Shown here: in pieces, positions 15,319 through 22,950 of the stretch
How positions within the stretch are numbered: the first letter of the stretch is position 1
Layout of the letters: each line of letters opens with the position of its first letter
DNA from: Corynebacterium maris DSM 45190
Lineage (GTDB): Bacteria; Actinomycetota; Actinomycetes; Mycobacteriales; Mycobacteriaceae
Direction of reading: 5' to 3'
Assembly (NCBI RefSeq): GCF_000442645.1
Contig: NC_021915.1
Location: 855,799 to 879,798, forward strand
Length of the DNA stretch: 24,000 nt
Notes under the pieces: generated by a model
Told to the model about the DNA's origin: nothing
The model's database searches: none
The model's input: only the letters and a program-made list of their open reading frames with translations
Translations under genes and position numbers: made by a program

Positions 15319-16428
15319 ATGTCCGATGGTTTGATGATCATCCTGGTCATCGTGGTGTGGCTCTTTGTCCTCGCACCGCTGCTGCTGCGTGGTCAGCGAC
15401 CGATCAACAAAACCGGCGAAGCTTTCGACGACACCCGCGTCGTCTATGAGGGCGGAAGCGGCGACATCCCCGCCCGCCGTCACCCCCGGGTGTTGCCGAA
15501 AGACGTCCGCTCCCGCGCCGACGAAGACGAGGAAGATTATGAACTCGTCGAGGCGCTCGCCGAGGAGGACGCCGACGTCCTCATCGACGAGCGCCGTGCT
15601 CCGCTGATCGAAGATCCGGTGGAAGAGCCCGTCGTCGAAGAACGACGTGAGGAGATCGTCGACGGCGAAGTGGTCGACGAGCCCGTGGCCGAACTTCCGC
15701 AGGGCGGATCCACCGCCTACTCCGCGCTGGAACAGGCCGAGGAGGTCACCGCACCCCTGGCAGACAGCGACGTCTATGAACACGATGACACGTACGTCAC
15801 CGCCGCAGACTATCTGCATCCCGCCACTCGGACGCTTGCGGAGCCCGCGCCGGTACCGGAGACCGCTGAGGTTGAACCTGCTCTTGTCGGCGACGCCGCT
15901 CACGAGGAGGACGAGGAGCTGCTCGTCGAGGACATCGACTTGACCGACGAGGACTTGGCTTTCGCCAAGCGCCGCGCCGGCCGTGGCGGATGGGATCCGG
16001 AGTCCGATCAGAGATACTCCGTCGACCGCTACCAGCGCCGCCGCCGCACTCTGGCGGGTCTGCTCGCCGCGGTGGCCGTGACCCTGGTGTTGAGCATCGT
16101 CGTCGGCGGGTGGGCATGGATCACGGTCCTGCTCACTGGCGCGTTGACCGCCGTCTACCTGGTCGCCCTGCGTAAGCAGGTGCAGGAGGAGAAGGCACTG
16201 CGCGCCCGCCGGATCCGGCAACTGCGGCGCGCCCGCATGGGGGTGCGCCGGGCTGACGACGCCGAGGGCGGCGTCCCCCGCGAACTGCGCCGGCCCGGGG
16301 CGGTGGTCGTGGAACTCGACGACGAAAGCCCGGACTTCGACTACCTCGGCGTCACCGAGGCGTCCTTTGAGCCGACGACGCTGCGCCCGGTGCGTGGCGG
16401 GAATTTCAACGGTCGTCGCGCCGGATAG
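15319..16428 (+). CDS. glpR: Three-TM membrane protein with a long acidic disordered cytoplasmic loop, the candidate Glp receptor (GlpR-like)
   Basis: The N-terminal TM segment is LMIILVIVVWLFVLAPLLL. A roughly 220-aa D/E/P/V-rich low-complexity segment follows. The TM hairpin is LAGLLAAVAVTLVLSIVVGGWAWITVLLTGALTAVYLVAL, followed by a basic and then mixed tail of roughly 85 aa. The architecture and its position downstream of the moeA-like and rimJ genes fit GlpR as described for C. glutamicum. The assignment comes from context and architecture only. Confidence 0.6.
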   Translation: MSDGLMIILVIVVWLFVLAPLLLRGQRPINKTGEAFDDTRVVYEGGSGDIPARRHPRVLPKDVRSRADEDEEDYELVEALAEEDADVLIDERRAPLIEDPVEEPVVEERREEIVDGEVVDEPVAELPQGGSTAYSALEQAEEVTAPLADSDVYEHDDTYVTAADYLHPATRTLAEPAPVPETAEVEPALVGDAAHEEDEELLVEDIDLTDEDLAFAKRRAGRGGWDPESDQRYSVDRYQRRRRTLAGLLAAVAVTLVLSIVVGGWAWITVLLTGALTAVYLVALRKQVQEEKALRARRIRQLRRARMGVRRADDAEGGVPRELRRPGAVVVELDDESPDFDYLGVTEASFEPTTLRPVRGGNFNGRRAG

Positions 16429-16481
16429 GTTGAATATTTATGGTTGTCCGCCGGCCTGGTCGGTAAGTAAACTGACCAGTC

Positions 16482-16500
16482 AGCGGGGCAACCCCGCTTC
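16482..16500 (+). terminator. GC-rich hairpin after the glpR-like gene, abutting the tRNA 5' end (candidate terminator or tRNA 5'-leader structure)
   Basis: The hairpin is agcgggg caa ccccgct followed by tc, so the T-tail is very short. A second hairpin, ctggtcgg (16456-16463) / ctgaccag (16472-16479), lies just upstream. Confidence 0.35.
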
Positions 16501-16576
16501 GGGGGCGTAGCTCAGTTGGTAGAGCGTCGCGTTCGCAACGCGAAGGTCAGGGGTTCGATTCCCCTCGTCTCCACCA
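16501..16576 (+). tRNA. tRNA-Ala, anticodon CGC, with encoded CCA
   Basis: Hand-folded cloverleaf. The acceptor stem GGGGGCG/CGTCTCC includes the G3:U70 alanine identity pair. The D-arm is GCTC/GAGC with loop AGTTGGTA. The anticodon stem is TCGCG/CGCGA with loop TTCGCAA, giving anticodon CGC. The T-arm is AGGGG/CCCCT with loop TTCGATT. The discriminator is A73 and the 3' end is CCA. Confidence 0.95.
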
Positions 16577-17170
16577 CACTCCCGACGATCCGCGCCGGTG
16601 AGAGCCGATGAGATGGGTGTCCACGACGCCGATCGATTCCATGAGGGCGAACATCGTGGTCGGGCCGACGAACACGAAACCTTCCTTCTTCAGGGCCTGG
16701 GCCAGGGCGACGGATTCGGGGGAGGTGGTGGGCACCTCGGCCATGGTGCGTGGCTCCGGCGTCTCCTCCGGCTGGAAGGACCAGATGAAGTCGGCGAGGC
16801 CTGCCTTGTCCCGCAGTGCGACGGTGGCACGCGCGTTGGTGATCGCGGCGAGGATCTTCCGGCGGTTGCGGATGATGCGGGCGTCGGCAAGCAGTCTGTC
16901 GACGTCGGCGTCGTCGAATGCGGCGACGACCTCCGGGTCGAAGTCCGCGAAGGTCTCGCGGAAGGCCGGGCGTTTGCGCAGCACCGTCGCCCAGGACAGG
17001 CCAGACTGAAAGCCTTCGAGGGTGACGCGCTCGTAGAGCCCGTGCTCGTCGCGCACGGGCATGCCCCATTCGACGTCGTAGTAGTCGCGCAGCAGGTCGC
17101 TGGCCTCTGCCCAGGGCGGGCGGGCGAGCCCGTCGGCGCCGATGATCAATCCGTTTTCAGTGGTCTCCAT
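16547..17170 (-). CDS. tag: DNA-3-methyladenine glycosylase I (Tag family)
   Basis: The product contains ...[55 protein letters not shown]...IIRNRRKI...NAR...[21 protein letters not shown], which aligns by eye along E. coli Tag. The last 30 nt of the ORF, including the stop, are antisense to the tRNA-Ala 3' half. Confidence 0.85.
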   Translation of the reverse strand: METTENGLIIGADGLARPPWAEASDLLRDYYDVEWGMPVRDEHGLYERVTLEGFQSGLSWATVLRKRPAFRETFADFDPEVVAAFDDADVDRLLADARIIRNRRKILAAITNARATVALRDKAGLADFIWSFQPEETPEPRTMAEVPTTSPESVALAQALKKEGFVFVGPTTMFALMESIGVVDTHLIGSHRRGSSGVWWRRGESNP

Positions 17171-17254
17171 ACTCTGTTAGACGGTACTGGAACGGCTCAG
17201 GTTCCCGTTTCGTCGTGAACGCTTTCGGGGTCGATCCGTTGTAGTCTGATCATC

Positions 17255-17662
17255 ATGGATAGGCCCGTGGTCAGAGATGCAGCGCTGCTGTTCCTGCGTG
17301 TCGTGCTCGGCGTGGCGTTCATCGCCCACGGCTGGGACCGCTGGTTCCTGAGCGGGATCGTCGAAACCACCGGGCAATTTTCCGCCTGGGGAGTGCCGCA
17401 GCCGCGCTTGTCCGCGTACCTGACCGCCACGGCGGAATTGCTGGGCGGCGCCCTGCTCGCGCTGGGGCTGCTGACCACCCTGACGGCCGGGGCGCTGACG
17501 CTGTTGGTCGTCGCCGCGCTGTATTTCGTGCATCTGGGCAACGGCTTCTTCGTCGCGCAGGGCGGGGTGGAGTACCCCCTCGTGGTCATCGCGGCGTTGG
17601 TGATGATCGTGGTCTTCGGCTCCGGCCGGGCTAGTATCGACGGGGTGTTGCAGCGTGATTGA
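17255..17662 (+). CDS. DoxX-family integral membrane protein
   Basis: The product is 135 aa with four hydrophobic helices. The N-terminal LLFLRVVLGVAFIAHGWDRW and the pattern ...ELLGGALLALGLLT... are typical of DoxX. Confidence 0.75.
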   Translation: MDRPVVRDAALLFLRVVLGVAFIAHGWDRWFLSGIVETTGQFSAWGVPQPRLSAYLTATAELLGGALLALGLLTTLTAGALTLLVVAALYFVHLGNGFFVAQGGVEYPLVVIAALVMIVVFGSGRASIDGVLQRD

Positions 17663-18356
17663 TCATGATGAGGTGCAGGCGGCCCTGTCGGCGCGCCTTG
17701 ACGGGGAGCCCTCGGGGCTCGACGAAGACGTCGTGGACGCACACGTCGCGGGCTGCGAGGTGTGTTCCAAATTTTGGGAGGAGTCGCTGGCCTTGTCGCG
17801 GCGGCTGAATTTCGTGGAGTCCTCCGGCGTCGGCATGAGCCCGCCGAAGGACCTCTCCGAGATCATCATCGCCGGGGTGGAGCCGGAGTGGCGCAAGCGC
17901 TCCGCCAACCGCCTGGTGTCGTTGACCGTCGCCCGTGTCCTCGCGACGCTGCTCGCGGTCGGGCTGGTGGCCTGGGCGATAGTGCTGGTGCTGGAAACCG
18001 GCGGGCTGATGCAGGTCAGCAGCGACGGACAGGTGCTCTCCCCGGAGGCGCAGCCGGAGGTGGCGGCCCTGCGCATCGAAGGCGCGGCGGTACGCCTGGC
18101 GTTGGCGGTCGGCCTGGGGCTGGCGGCCTGGCAGCCGAAGATGGCGGGAGGAATGGCGCCGGTGGTGGCCACGCTGTGGGCGTTTCTCACCGGCTTCGCC
18201 GTACGCGACATCGTGCTGGGGGCGACGTCGCTGGCCCAGATCGCACAGCTGGGCGGACTCGCCCTGGTCGCCGTCGTGCTCGTCTGGCTGTGGGGCGCCG
18301 GCCGCGGACTGAACCCCGGTCAGCTGTGGCGCTCACTGAGCGCCCGGCCCAATTAG
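17655..18356 (+). CDS. Membrane protein with an N-terminal zinc-binding anti-sigma (ZAS, zf-HC2) motif and about four TM helices; no sigma factor gene is adjacent
   Basis: GTG 17655 overlaps the DoxX stop by 8 nt. The N-terminus is MIDHDEVQAALSARLDGEPSGLDEDVVDAHVAGCEVCSKFWEE. This gives H30-x3-C34-x2-C37 plus H4 located 26 residues upstream, matching ZAS ligand spacing. Hydrophobic segments follow from about residue 90 to 215. Confidence 0.7.
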   Translation: MIDHDEVQAALSARLDGEPSGLDEDVVDAHVAGCEVCSKFWEESLALSRRLNFVESSGVGMSPPKDLSEIIIAGVEPEWRKRSANRLVSLTVARVLATLLAVGLVAWAIVLVLETGGLMQVSSDGQVLSPEAQPEVAALRIEGAAVRLALAVGLGLAAWQPKMAGGMAPVVATLWAFLTGFAVRDIVLGATSLAQIAQLGGLALVAVVLVWLWGAGRGLNPGQLWRSLSARPN

Positions 18357-18366
18357 GGGCGGGCTT

Positions 18367-19935
18367 TTAAGTCCAGCTGGGCAGCCACATCAACTCGTGG
18401 TAAATGGACTCCGGTATCAGATATCCGTAGAGGATCGGGGAGAAGTAGGCGAACATCGCCACCACCAACGAAAGATAGACGATCACGGCGACGGTGCCCC
18501 AGGTGATGTCTCCGCCGGCCAGGCGGCGCACCCACCGCCACCGCACCGGCTTCCCGGACGCCACGAGCTGGCCCAGCGCCAGGGCGAGCAGGCAGATGGT
18601 GAACGGCACCAACGCCGTGGCGTAGAAGAAGTACATCTGGCGGTCGTAGGCCACCAGCCACGGCACAAAGCCGGCGGCGAAACCGATGATCGGGATGAGG
18701 AAGCGGCGGTCCCGGCGGATCAGCAGGCACCACAGCCCCCACGCCAGGGCGGGCACGGTCAGCCACCAGATGGCCGGGGTGCCGAAGAGGTAGATCATCG
18801 ACGAGCACGTCGTCTCCCCGCAGTCCACGCCGGTGGAGGAGTAGTAGAGGATCGGCCGCGCCGCCACGAGCCAGGCCCACGGCTTCGACTCCCACGGATG
18901 GGAGTGGCCGCCGGAGGTGGTCAGGTCCCCGTGGAAGTCGAGCACGGAGAAATGATAGTAAAACCAGCCGGCCAGGGCGTCGGGAAGCAGCTGCAGGACA
19001 GAGTCTTCGGCGATGGAGCCGTCGACGGCCGCATGCCGGTAGACGGAGGTCTCGGAGGCGAACCACGCGCGCCAGGAGTACAGGTAGAGTGCGGCGGGCA
19101 GCGCCACCAACGACGCCAGCGCCGGCAGCGTGTCGCGCACCAGCGCGCCGGCGACGTAGCGGCGCACGCCATAACGTTTGCGCAGCGCGAGATCCATGAA
19201 CACGCTCATCAGCCCGAAGAAGGCGATGTAGTACAGGCCCGACCATTTCACGGCCAGCGCGCAGCCCAGCGCGACGCCGGCGGCGAAACGCCACCACCGG
19301 AACCCCAGCCGCGGGCCGAAGGGCGAGTCGCCCATCGCCCCGGAGATGAAGGCCGCGTGAAAGCGTGCGCGGACCTGCTCGTGGTCGCGGGCCAGGGCCC
19401 AGGCGGCGGCGACGATGAAGAACACCTGGAACATGTCCAGCATGCCGAACTTCGCCGAGACCAGCAGCACCCCGTCGAACACGGCGATCACCCCGGCGAA
19501 CGCGGCCACCTGCCAGGACTGCGAGAGGCGTCGCGCCAGCGCCATGATCAGCACCACCGTGGCGACGCCGAAAAGTGCGACGGACACTCGCCACCCCAGC
19601 GGGGTATATCCGAAGAGCATCTCGCCGAAGGCGATCAGCTGCTTACCCAGCGGCGGGTGCACCACCAGCCCGTACCCGGGGTTGGCCTCGACGCCGCCGA
19701 GGAAAGGGTTGAACCAGGAGCGCACCATGTCCCAGGCCTGTGGCACATAGTGCTTCTCGTCGAAGACGGGGGTGCCCTGCACGCTCGCCGAGGTCAGGCC
19801 CACAAAACGAGTCAGGAAAGCAAGGGCGGCGATCACCAGGGTGCTGTAGGTGTCGGCGCGGGTCCAGCGATAGCGCGTCGGAGCAGGCGGGGTGACCGGC
19901 GGCGGGGACGGCCGCGTACTCGTGGCGGTGTTCAC
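18367..19935 (-). CDS. pmt: Protein O-mannosyltransferase (GT39 / PMT family)
   Basis: The product is a 522-aa polytopic protein with the loop-1 motif VFDEKHYVPQAW (the DE motif of PMTs). It lies divergent from rsmI, as in Rv1002c/Rv1003. The start is GTG (19935-19933). Confidence 0.85.
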   Translation of the reverse strand: MNTATSTRPSPPPVTPPAPTRYRWTRADTYSTLVIAALAFLTRFVGLTSASVQGTPVFDEKHYVPQAWDMVRSWFNPFLGGVEANPGYGLVVHPPLGKQLIAFGEMLFGYTPLGWRVSVALFGVATVVLIMALARRLSQSWQVAAFAGVIAVFDGVLLVSAKFGMLDMFQVFFIVAAAWALARDHEQVRARFHAAFISGAMGDSPFGPRLGFRWWRFAAGVALGCALAVKWSGLYYIAFFGLMSVFMDLALRKRYGVRRYVAGALVRDTLPALASLVALPAALYLYSWRAWFASETSVYRHAAVDGSIAEDSVLQLLPDALAGWFYYHFSVLDFHGDLTTSGGHSHPWESKPWAWLVAARPILYYSSTGVDCGETTCSSMIYLFGTPAIWWLTVPALAWGLWCLLIRRDRRFLIPIIGFAAGFVPWLVAYDRQMYFFYATALVPFTICLLALALGQLVASGKPVRWRWVRRLAGGDITWGTVAVIVYLSLVVAMFAYFSPILYGYLIPESIYHELMWLPSWT

Positions 19936-19964
19936 CCGGGACAGTCTAGGCCACCCGCCCCTCA

Positions 19965-20876
19965 GTGAACGGCAGGCAGGGGTGTGGAATGCTGGACGGC
20001 ATGAGCGCCACCCACGACACCAACCCGCCCCTGGATCTCGACCCGTTGCCGCGCGGGGTGATTCTGGCCGCCACCCCGTTGGGCAACGTCGGCGACGCCT
20101 CGCCGCGTCTGCGGCACGCGTTGGCCACCGCGGACGTCGTGGCCGCCGAGGACACGCGCCGGGTGCGTAACTTGGCGACGGCGCTGGGCGTGGAGATCCG
20201 CGGGAAAGTGGTGTCCAACTTCGACCACAACGAGGCCGCCCGCAGCGAGGGGCTGCTGGAGTCGGCGCGCTCCGGCAGCGTCGTGGTGGTCACCGACGCG
20301 GGCATGCCGCTGGTGTCGGATCCGGGCCACTCGTTGGTCGACGCCGCGCATGAGGCGGGGGTGTCCGTCACGTGCATCCCGGGGCCGTCGGCGGTGCCGA
20401 CGGCGTTGGCGTTGTCGGGGTTGAATGTGGGGCACTTCATTTTCGACGGCTTCGCGCCCCGCAAGGCGGGTGCACGCCGTACGTGGCTGGAGAGCCTGCG
20501 GGCGGAGAAGCGGGCGGTGTGTTTCTTCGAGTCCCCGCACCGGGTACACGAAACGCTCCTCGAGGCGGCCGAGATTCTGGGGGACTCCCGTCGGGCGGCG
20601 GTGTGTCGCGAACTGACCAAGACCTACGAAGAGGTCCGTCGCGGGACGCTGCCGGAATTGGCGGAATGGGCCGCCGGGGGAGTCAAAGGTGAGGTCACCG
20701 TCGTGCTGGAGGGCGGGGCAGGGGAGGCCGCGGAGCCGGAGGAGCTGGTTCCCGCCGTCGAGAAACAGGTGGCTGACGGGGTGCGGCTGAAGGACGCCTG
20801 CAAGGCGGTGGCGGGCAGATACGGGGTTTCGAACCGGGAATTGTATGAGGCGGTGCTTATGGCTCGAGGCAGGTGA
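19965..20876 (+). CDS. rsmI: 16S rRNA (cytidine1402-2'-O)-methyltransferase
   Basis: The product contains ...ILAATPLGNVGDASPRL...EDTR...VVVVTDAGMPLVSDPG...IPGPSA...FESPHR..., the RsmI (tetrapyrrole-methylase fold) motifs. The start is uncertain among GTG 19965, ATG 19988 and ATG 20000. Confidence 0.85.
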   Translation: MNGRQGCGMLDGMSATHDTNPPLDLDPLPRGVILAATPLGNVGDASPRLRHALATADVVAAEDTRRVRNLATALGVEIRGKVVSNFDHNEAARSEGLLESARSGSVVVVTDAGMPLVSDPGHSLVDAAHEAGVSVTCIPGPSAVPTALALSGLNVGHFIFDGFAPRKAGARRTWLESLRAEKRAVCFFESPHRVHETLLEAAEILGDSRRAAVCRELTKTYEEVRRGTLPELAEWAAGGVKGEVTVVLEGGAGEAAEPEELVPAVEKQVADGVRLKDACKAVAGRYGVSNRELYEAVLMARGR

Positions 20877-20990
20877 GGGGATCGTTATTATTCCGTGACC
20901 TAACTGGGTGTACAGTCGGAGCCACCTGGAAAAACATTGGATAACAATTGGGTAAATCGCCAGTTGGCGTTTGTGCCCGTCAGTGAAGTG

Positions 20991-21016
20991 CCAGGTTTTC
21001 TGGTTTGAAAACCCGG
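20991..21016 (+). promoter_or_regulatory. Inverted repeat upstream of the BCCT transporter gene, a candidate operator or 5'-UTR hairpin
   Basis: The arms ccaggttttc (20991-21000) and gaaaacccgg (21007-21016) are 9/10 complementary and are separated by tggttt. The repeat lies 24-49 nt upstream of ATG 21040 in an AT-richer spacer. Confidence 0.25.
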
Positions 21017-21039
21017 CCCTCTACTCGGAAGGTGTAGCC

Positions 21040-22860
21040 ATGTCTGACAAGGATTTGAATAACGTGGAGGGACCGCCGGGAGCGGTCCCCGGCCCGGAGG
21101 CCGGCCCGGACTATGAAACAGTCCGTGACCGTCTCGACAACGCCACCGCCACTGAGCAGCTGGCGTCGATGCTCTCCGATGAAAGTGCGCTTTCCGGGCA
21201 AGTGCCCGAGGATGACAAGACGGTCAAACGCCTCGCCGATGACAAGAACGCACCCATCAGCTGGATCGTCGTGGTCCCCGCCTTCATCCTGGTCATCGCC
21301 GTCGTCATGTGGGGTCTCGTCTTCCCCGACAACTTCTCCAACGTGGCCAACGGGGCCTTCACCTGGGTCGTCGAGAACCTGGGCTGGGCCTTCCTGCTCT
21401 TCGGCACCATCTTCGTCGCCTTCGTCCTGTTCATCGCGTTCTCCCGTTTCGGCTCCATCCGGCTCGGCGAGGTGGATGAACAACCCGAGTTCCGCACGAT
21501 CTCCTGGATCGCCATGATGTTCGCCGCCGGCATGGGCATCGGCCTGATGTTCTTCGGCGCCGCCGAGCCACTGACCTTCTACCTCGACGCGGTGCCCAAC
21601 CACGAGGAACGTGAGGTCGGCGCGGCCCTGGCCACGACGATGTACCACTGGACCCTGCACCCGTGGGCGATCTACGCCATCGTCGGCCTGGCCATCGCCT
21701 ACTCGACCTTCCGACTCGGCCGCAAGCAGCTGATCTCGTCCGCGTTCATCCCGCTGATCGGCGAAAAGAACGCCAATGGCTGGCTGGGCAAGGTCATCGA
21801 CATTCTGTCGATCTTCGCCACCATCTTCGGCACCGCCTGCTCCCTGGGCCTCGGCGCCCTGCAGATCCGTTCCGGACTGCAGGCTTCCGGCATCATGGAG
21901 GATCCGGGCCAGGGCGTGATTCTGGGCATCGTGCTGGTGCTGACGCTCGCCTTCCTCCTCTCCGCGCTGTCCGGCGTGGGCAAGGGCATCCAGTACCTGT
22001 CCAACTTGAACGTGATCTTCGCCGCGATCCTCGCGATTTTCGTCTTCGTCATGGGCCCGACCCTGGTGCAGCTGAACATCGTGCCCACCTCCGTCGGCAG
22101 CTACCTGTCGCAGTTCTTCGAGATGGCCTCGCGCACCCCGGTCTCCGAAGACGGCACCGCCGGCGAGTGGCTCGGCGGCTGGACCATCTTCTACTGGGCC
22201 TGGTGGATCTCCTGGTCCCCGTTCGTCGGCATGTTCCTGGCGCGCATTTCCCGCGGCCGCTCCATCCGCGAATTCTGTCTCAGCGTCCTGCTCATCCCGG
22301 CCGGAGTCTCCACCATCTGGTTCGCCATCTTCGGCGGCACCGCCATCTGGATGGAGAACAACGATCAGTCCATCGTCGGCGGCGGCACGACCGAGGAGAT
22401 GCTCTTCAACCTGCTGCAGAATCTGCCGGGCGGCCAGATCGTTTCCATCGTGGCGATCATTCTGCTGGGCACCTTCTTCATCACCTCCGCCGACTCCGCG
22501 TCGACGGTCATGGGGTCGATGTCGCAGAACGGCGTCTCCGATGCTAAGCGCCCTCTGACCGCCGGTTGGGGCATCATGGCAGCGCTCGTCGGCGTGACCT
22601 TGCTCGTCGCCGGCGGCGACGACGCCCTCAGCGCGCTGCAGAACGTCACCATCGTCGCGGCGACGCCGTTCCTGCTCATCGTCATCCTGCTGATGTTCGC
22701 CATCTTCAAGGATCTGCGTAACGACGTGATCTACAAGGACCAGATCGACCAGCGCAACTTCGCCCGCCAACTGGCGATCGAACGTCGCCTGTACCGCGAA
22801 AAGGCCTACCGCGAGGCGCAAAAGGACCGCCGTTCCGCGGTCATCCACCGCAGGAAATAA
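21040..22860 (+). CDS. betP: BCCT-family compatible-solute (glycine betaine) transporter, BetP-like
   Basis: The ggaaggtg Shine-Dalgarno sequence precedes ATG 21040. The product has an acidic N-terminal extension and 12 hydrophobic segments. The BCCT signature is [33 protein letters not shown] basic helical C-terminal tail (...[35 protein letters not shown]) resembles the BetP osmosensor domain. It lies between rsmI and metG, as I recall for C. glutamicum betP. Confidence 0.85.
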   Translation: MSDKDLNNVEGPPGAVPGPEAGPDYETVRDRLDNATATEQLASMLSDESALSGQVPEDDKTVKRLADDKNAPISWIVVVPAFILVIAVVMWGLVFPDNFSNVANGAFTWVVENLGWAFLLFGTIFVAFVLFIAFSRFGSIRLGEVDEQPEFRTISWIAMMFAAGMGIGLMFFGAAEPLTFYLDAVPNHEEREVGAALATTMYHWTLHPWAIYAIVGLAIAYSTFRLGRKQLISSAFIPLIGEKNANGWLGKVIDILSIFATIFGTACSLGLGALQIRSGLQASGIMEDPGQGVILGIVLVLTLAFLLSALSGVGKGIQYLSNLNVIFAAILAIFVFVMGPTLVQLNIVPTSVGSYLSQFFEMASRTPVSEDGTAGEWLGGWTIFYWAWWISWSPFVGMFLARISRGRSIREFCLSVLLIPAGVSTIWFAIFGGTAIWMENNDQSIVGGGTTEEMLFNLLQNLPGGQIVSIVAIILLGTFFITSADSASTVMGSMSQNGVSDAKRPLTAGWGIMAALVGVTLLVAGGDDALSALQNVTIVAATPFLLIVILLMFAIFKDLRNDVIYKDQIDQRNFARQLAIERRLYREKAYREAQKDRRSAVIHRRK

Positions 22861-22950
22861 CAGCCAACCAGAGCCCTCTTCGAACCCGCGCACCTACGGA
22901 TCACCACCCGTGGGCGTGCGGGTTCACTCGTCTAAATTATGCTGAAGGAC

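Noticed and set aside
16501-16576. The tRNA-Ala gene as an integration site for a genomic island
   Set aside because: There is no integrase, and I noticed no direct repeat of the tRNA 3' end elsewhere in the window. Both flanks are conserved core genes (the glpR-like gene and tag) with ordinary composition.
18397-19968. A 523-aa plus-strand ORF antisense to pmt
   Set aside because: This is a shadow ORF with an R/G/H/E/P-rich low-complexity product. The minus strand encodes a polytopic protein with the PMT DE-loop motif (VFDEKHY).
22861-22950. A possible terminator hairpin after betP (gaacccgc ... gcgggttc, 22881-22926)
   Set aside because: The 8-10-bp stem encloses a loop of more than 20 nt and has no T-tract. 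It is too weak to annotate as a terminator, though it may still contribute to the betP 3' end.
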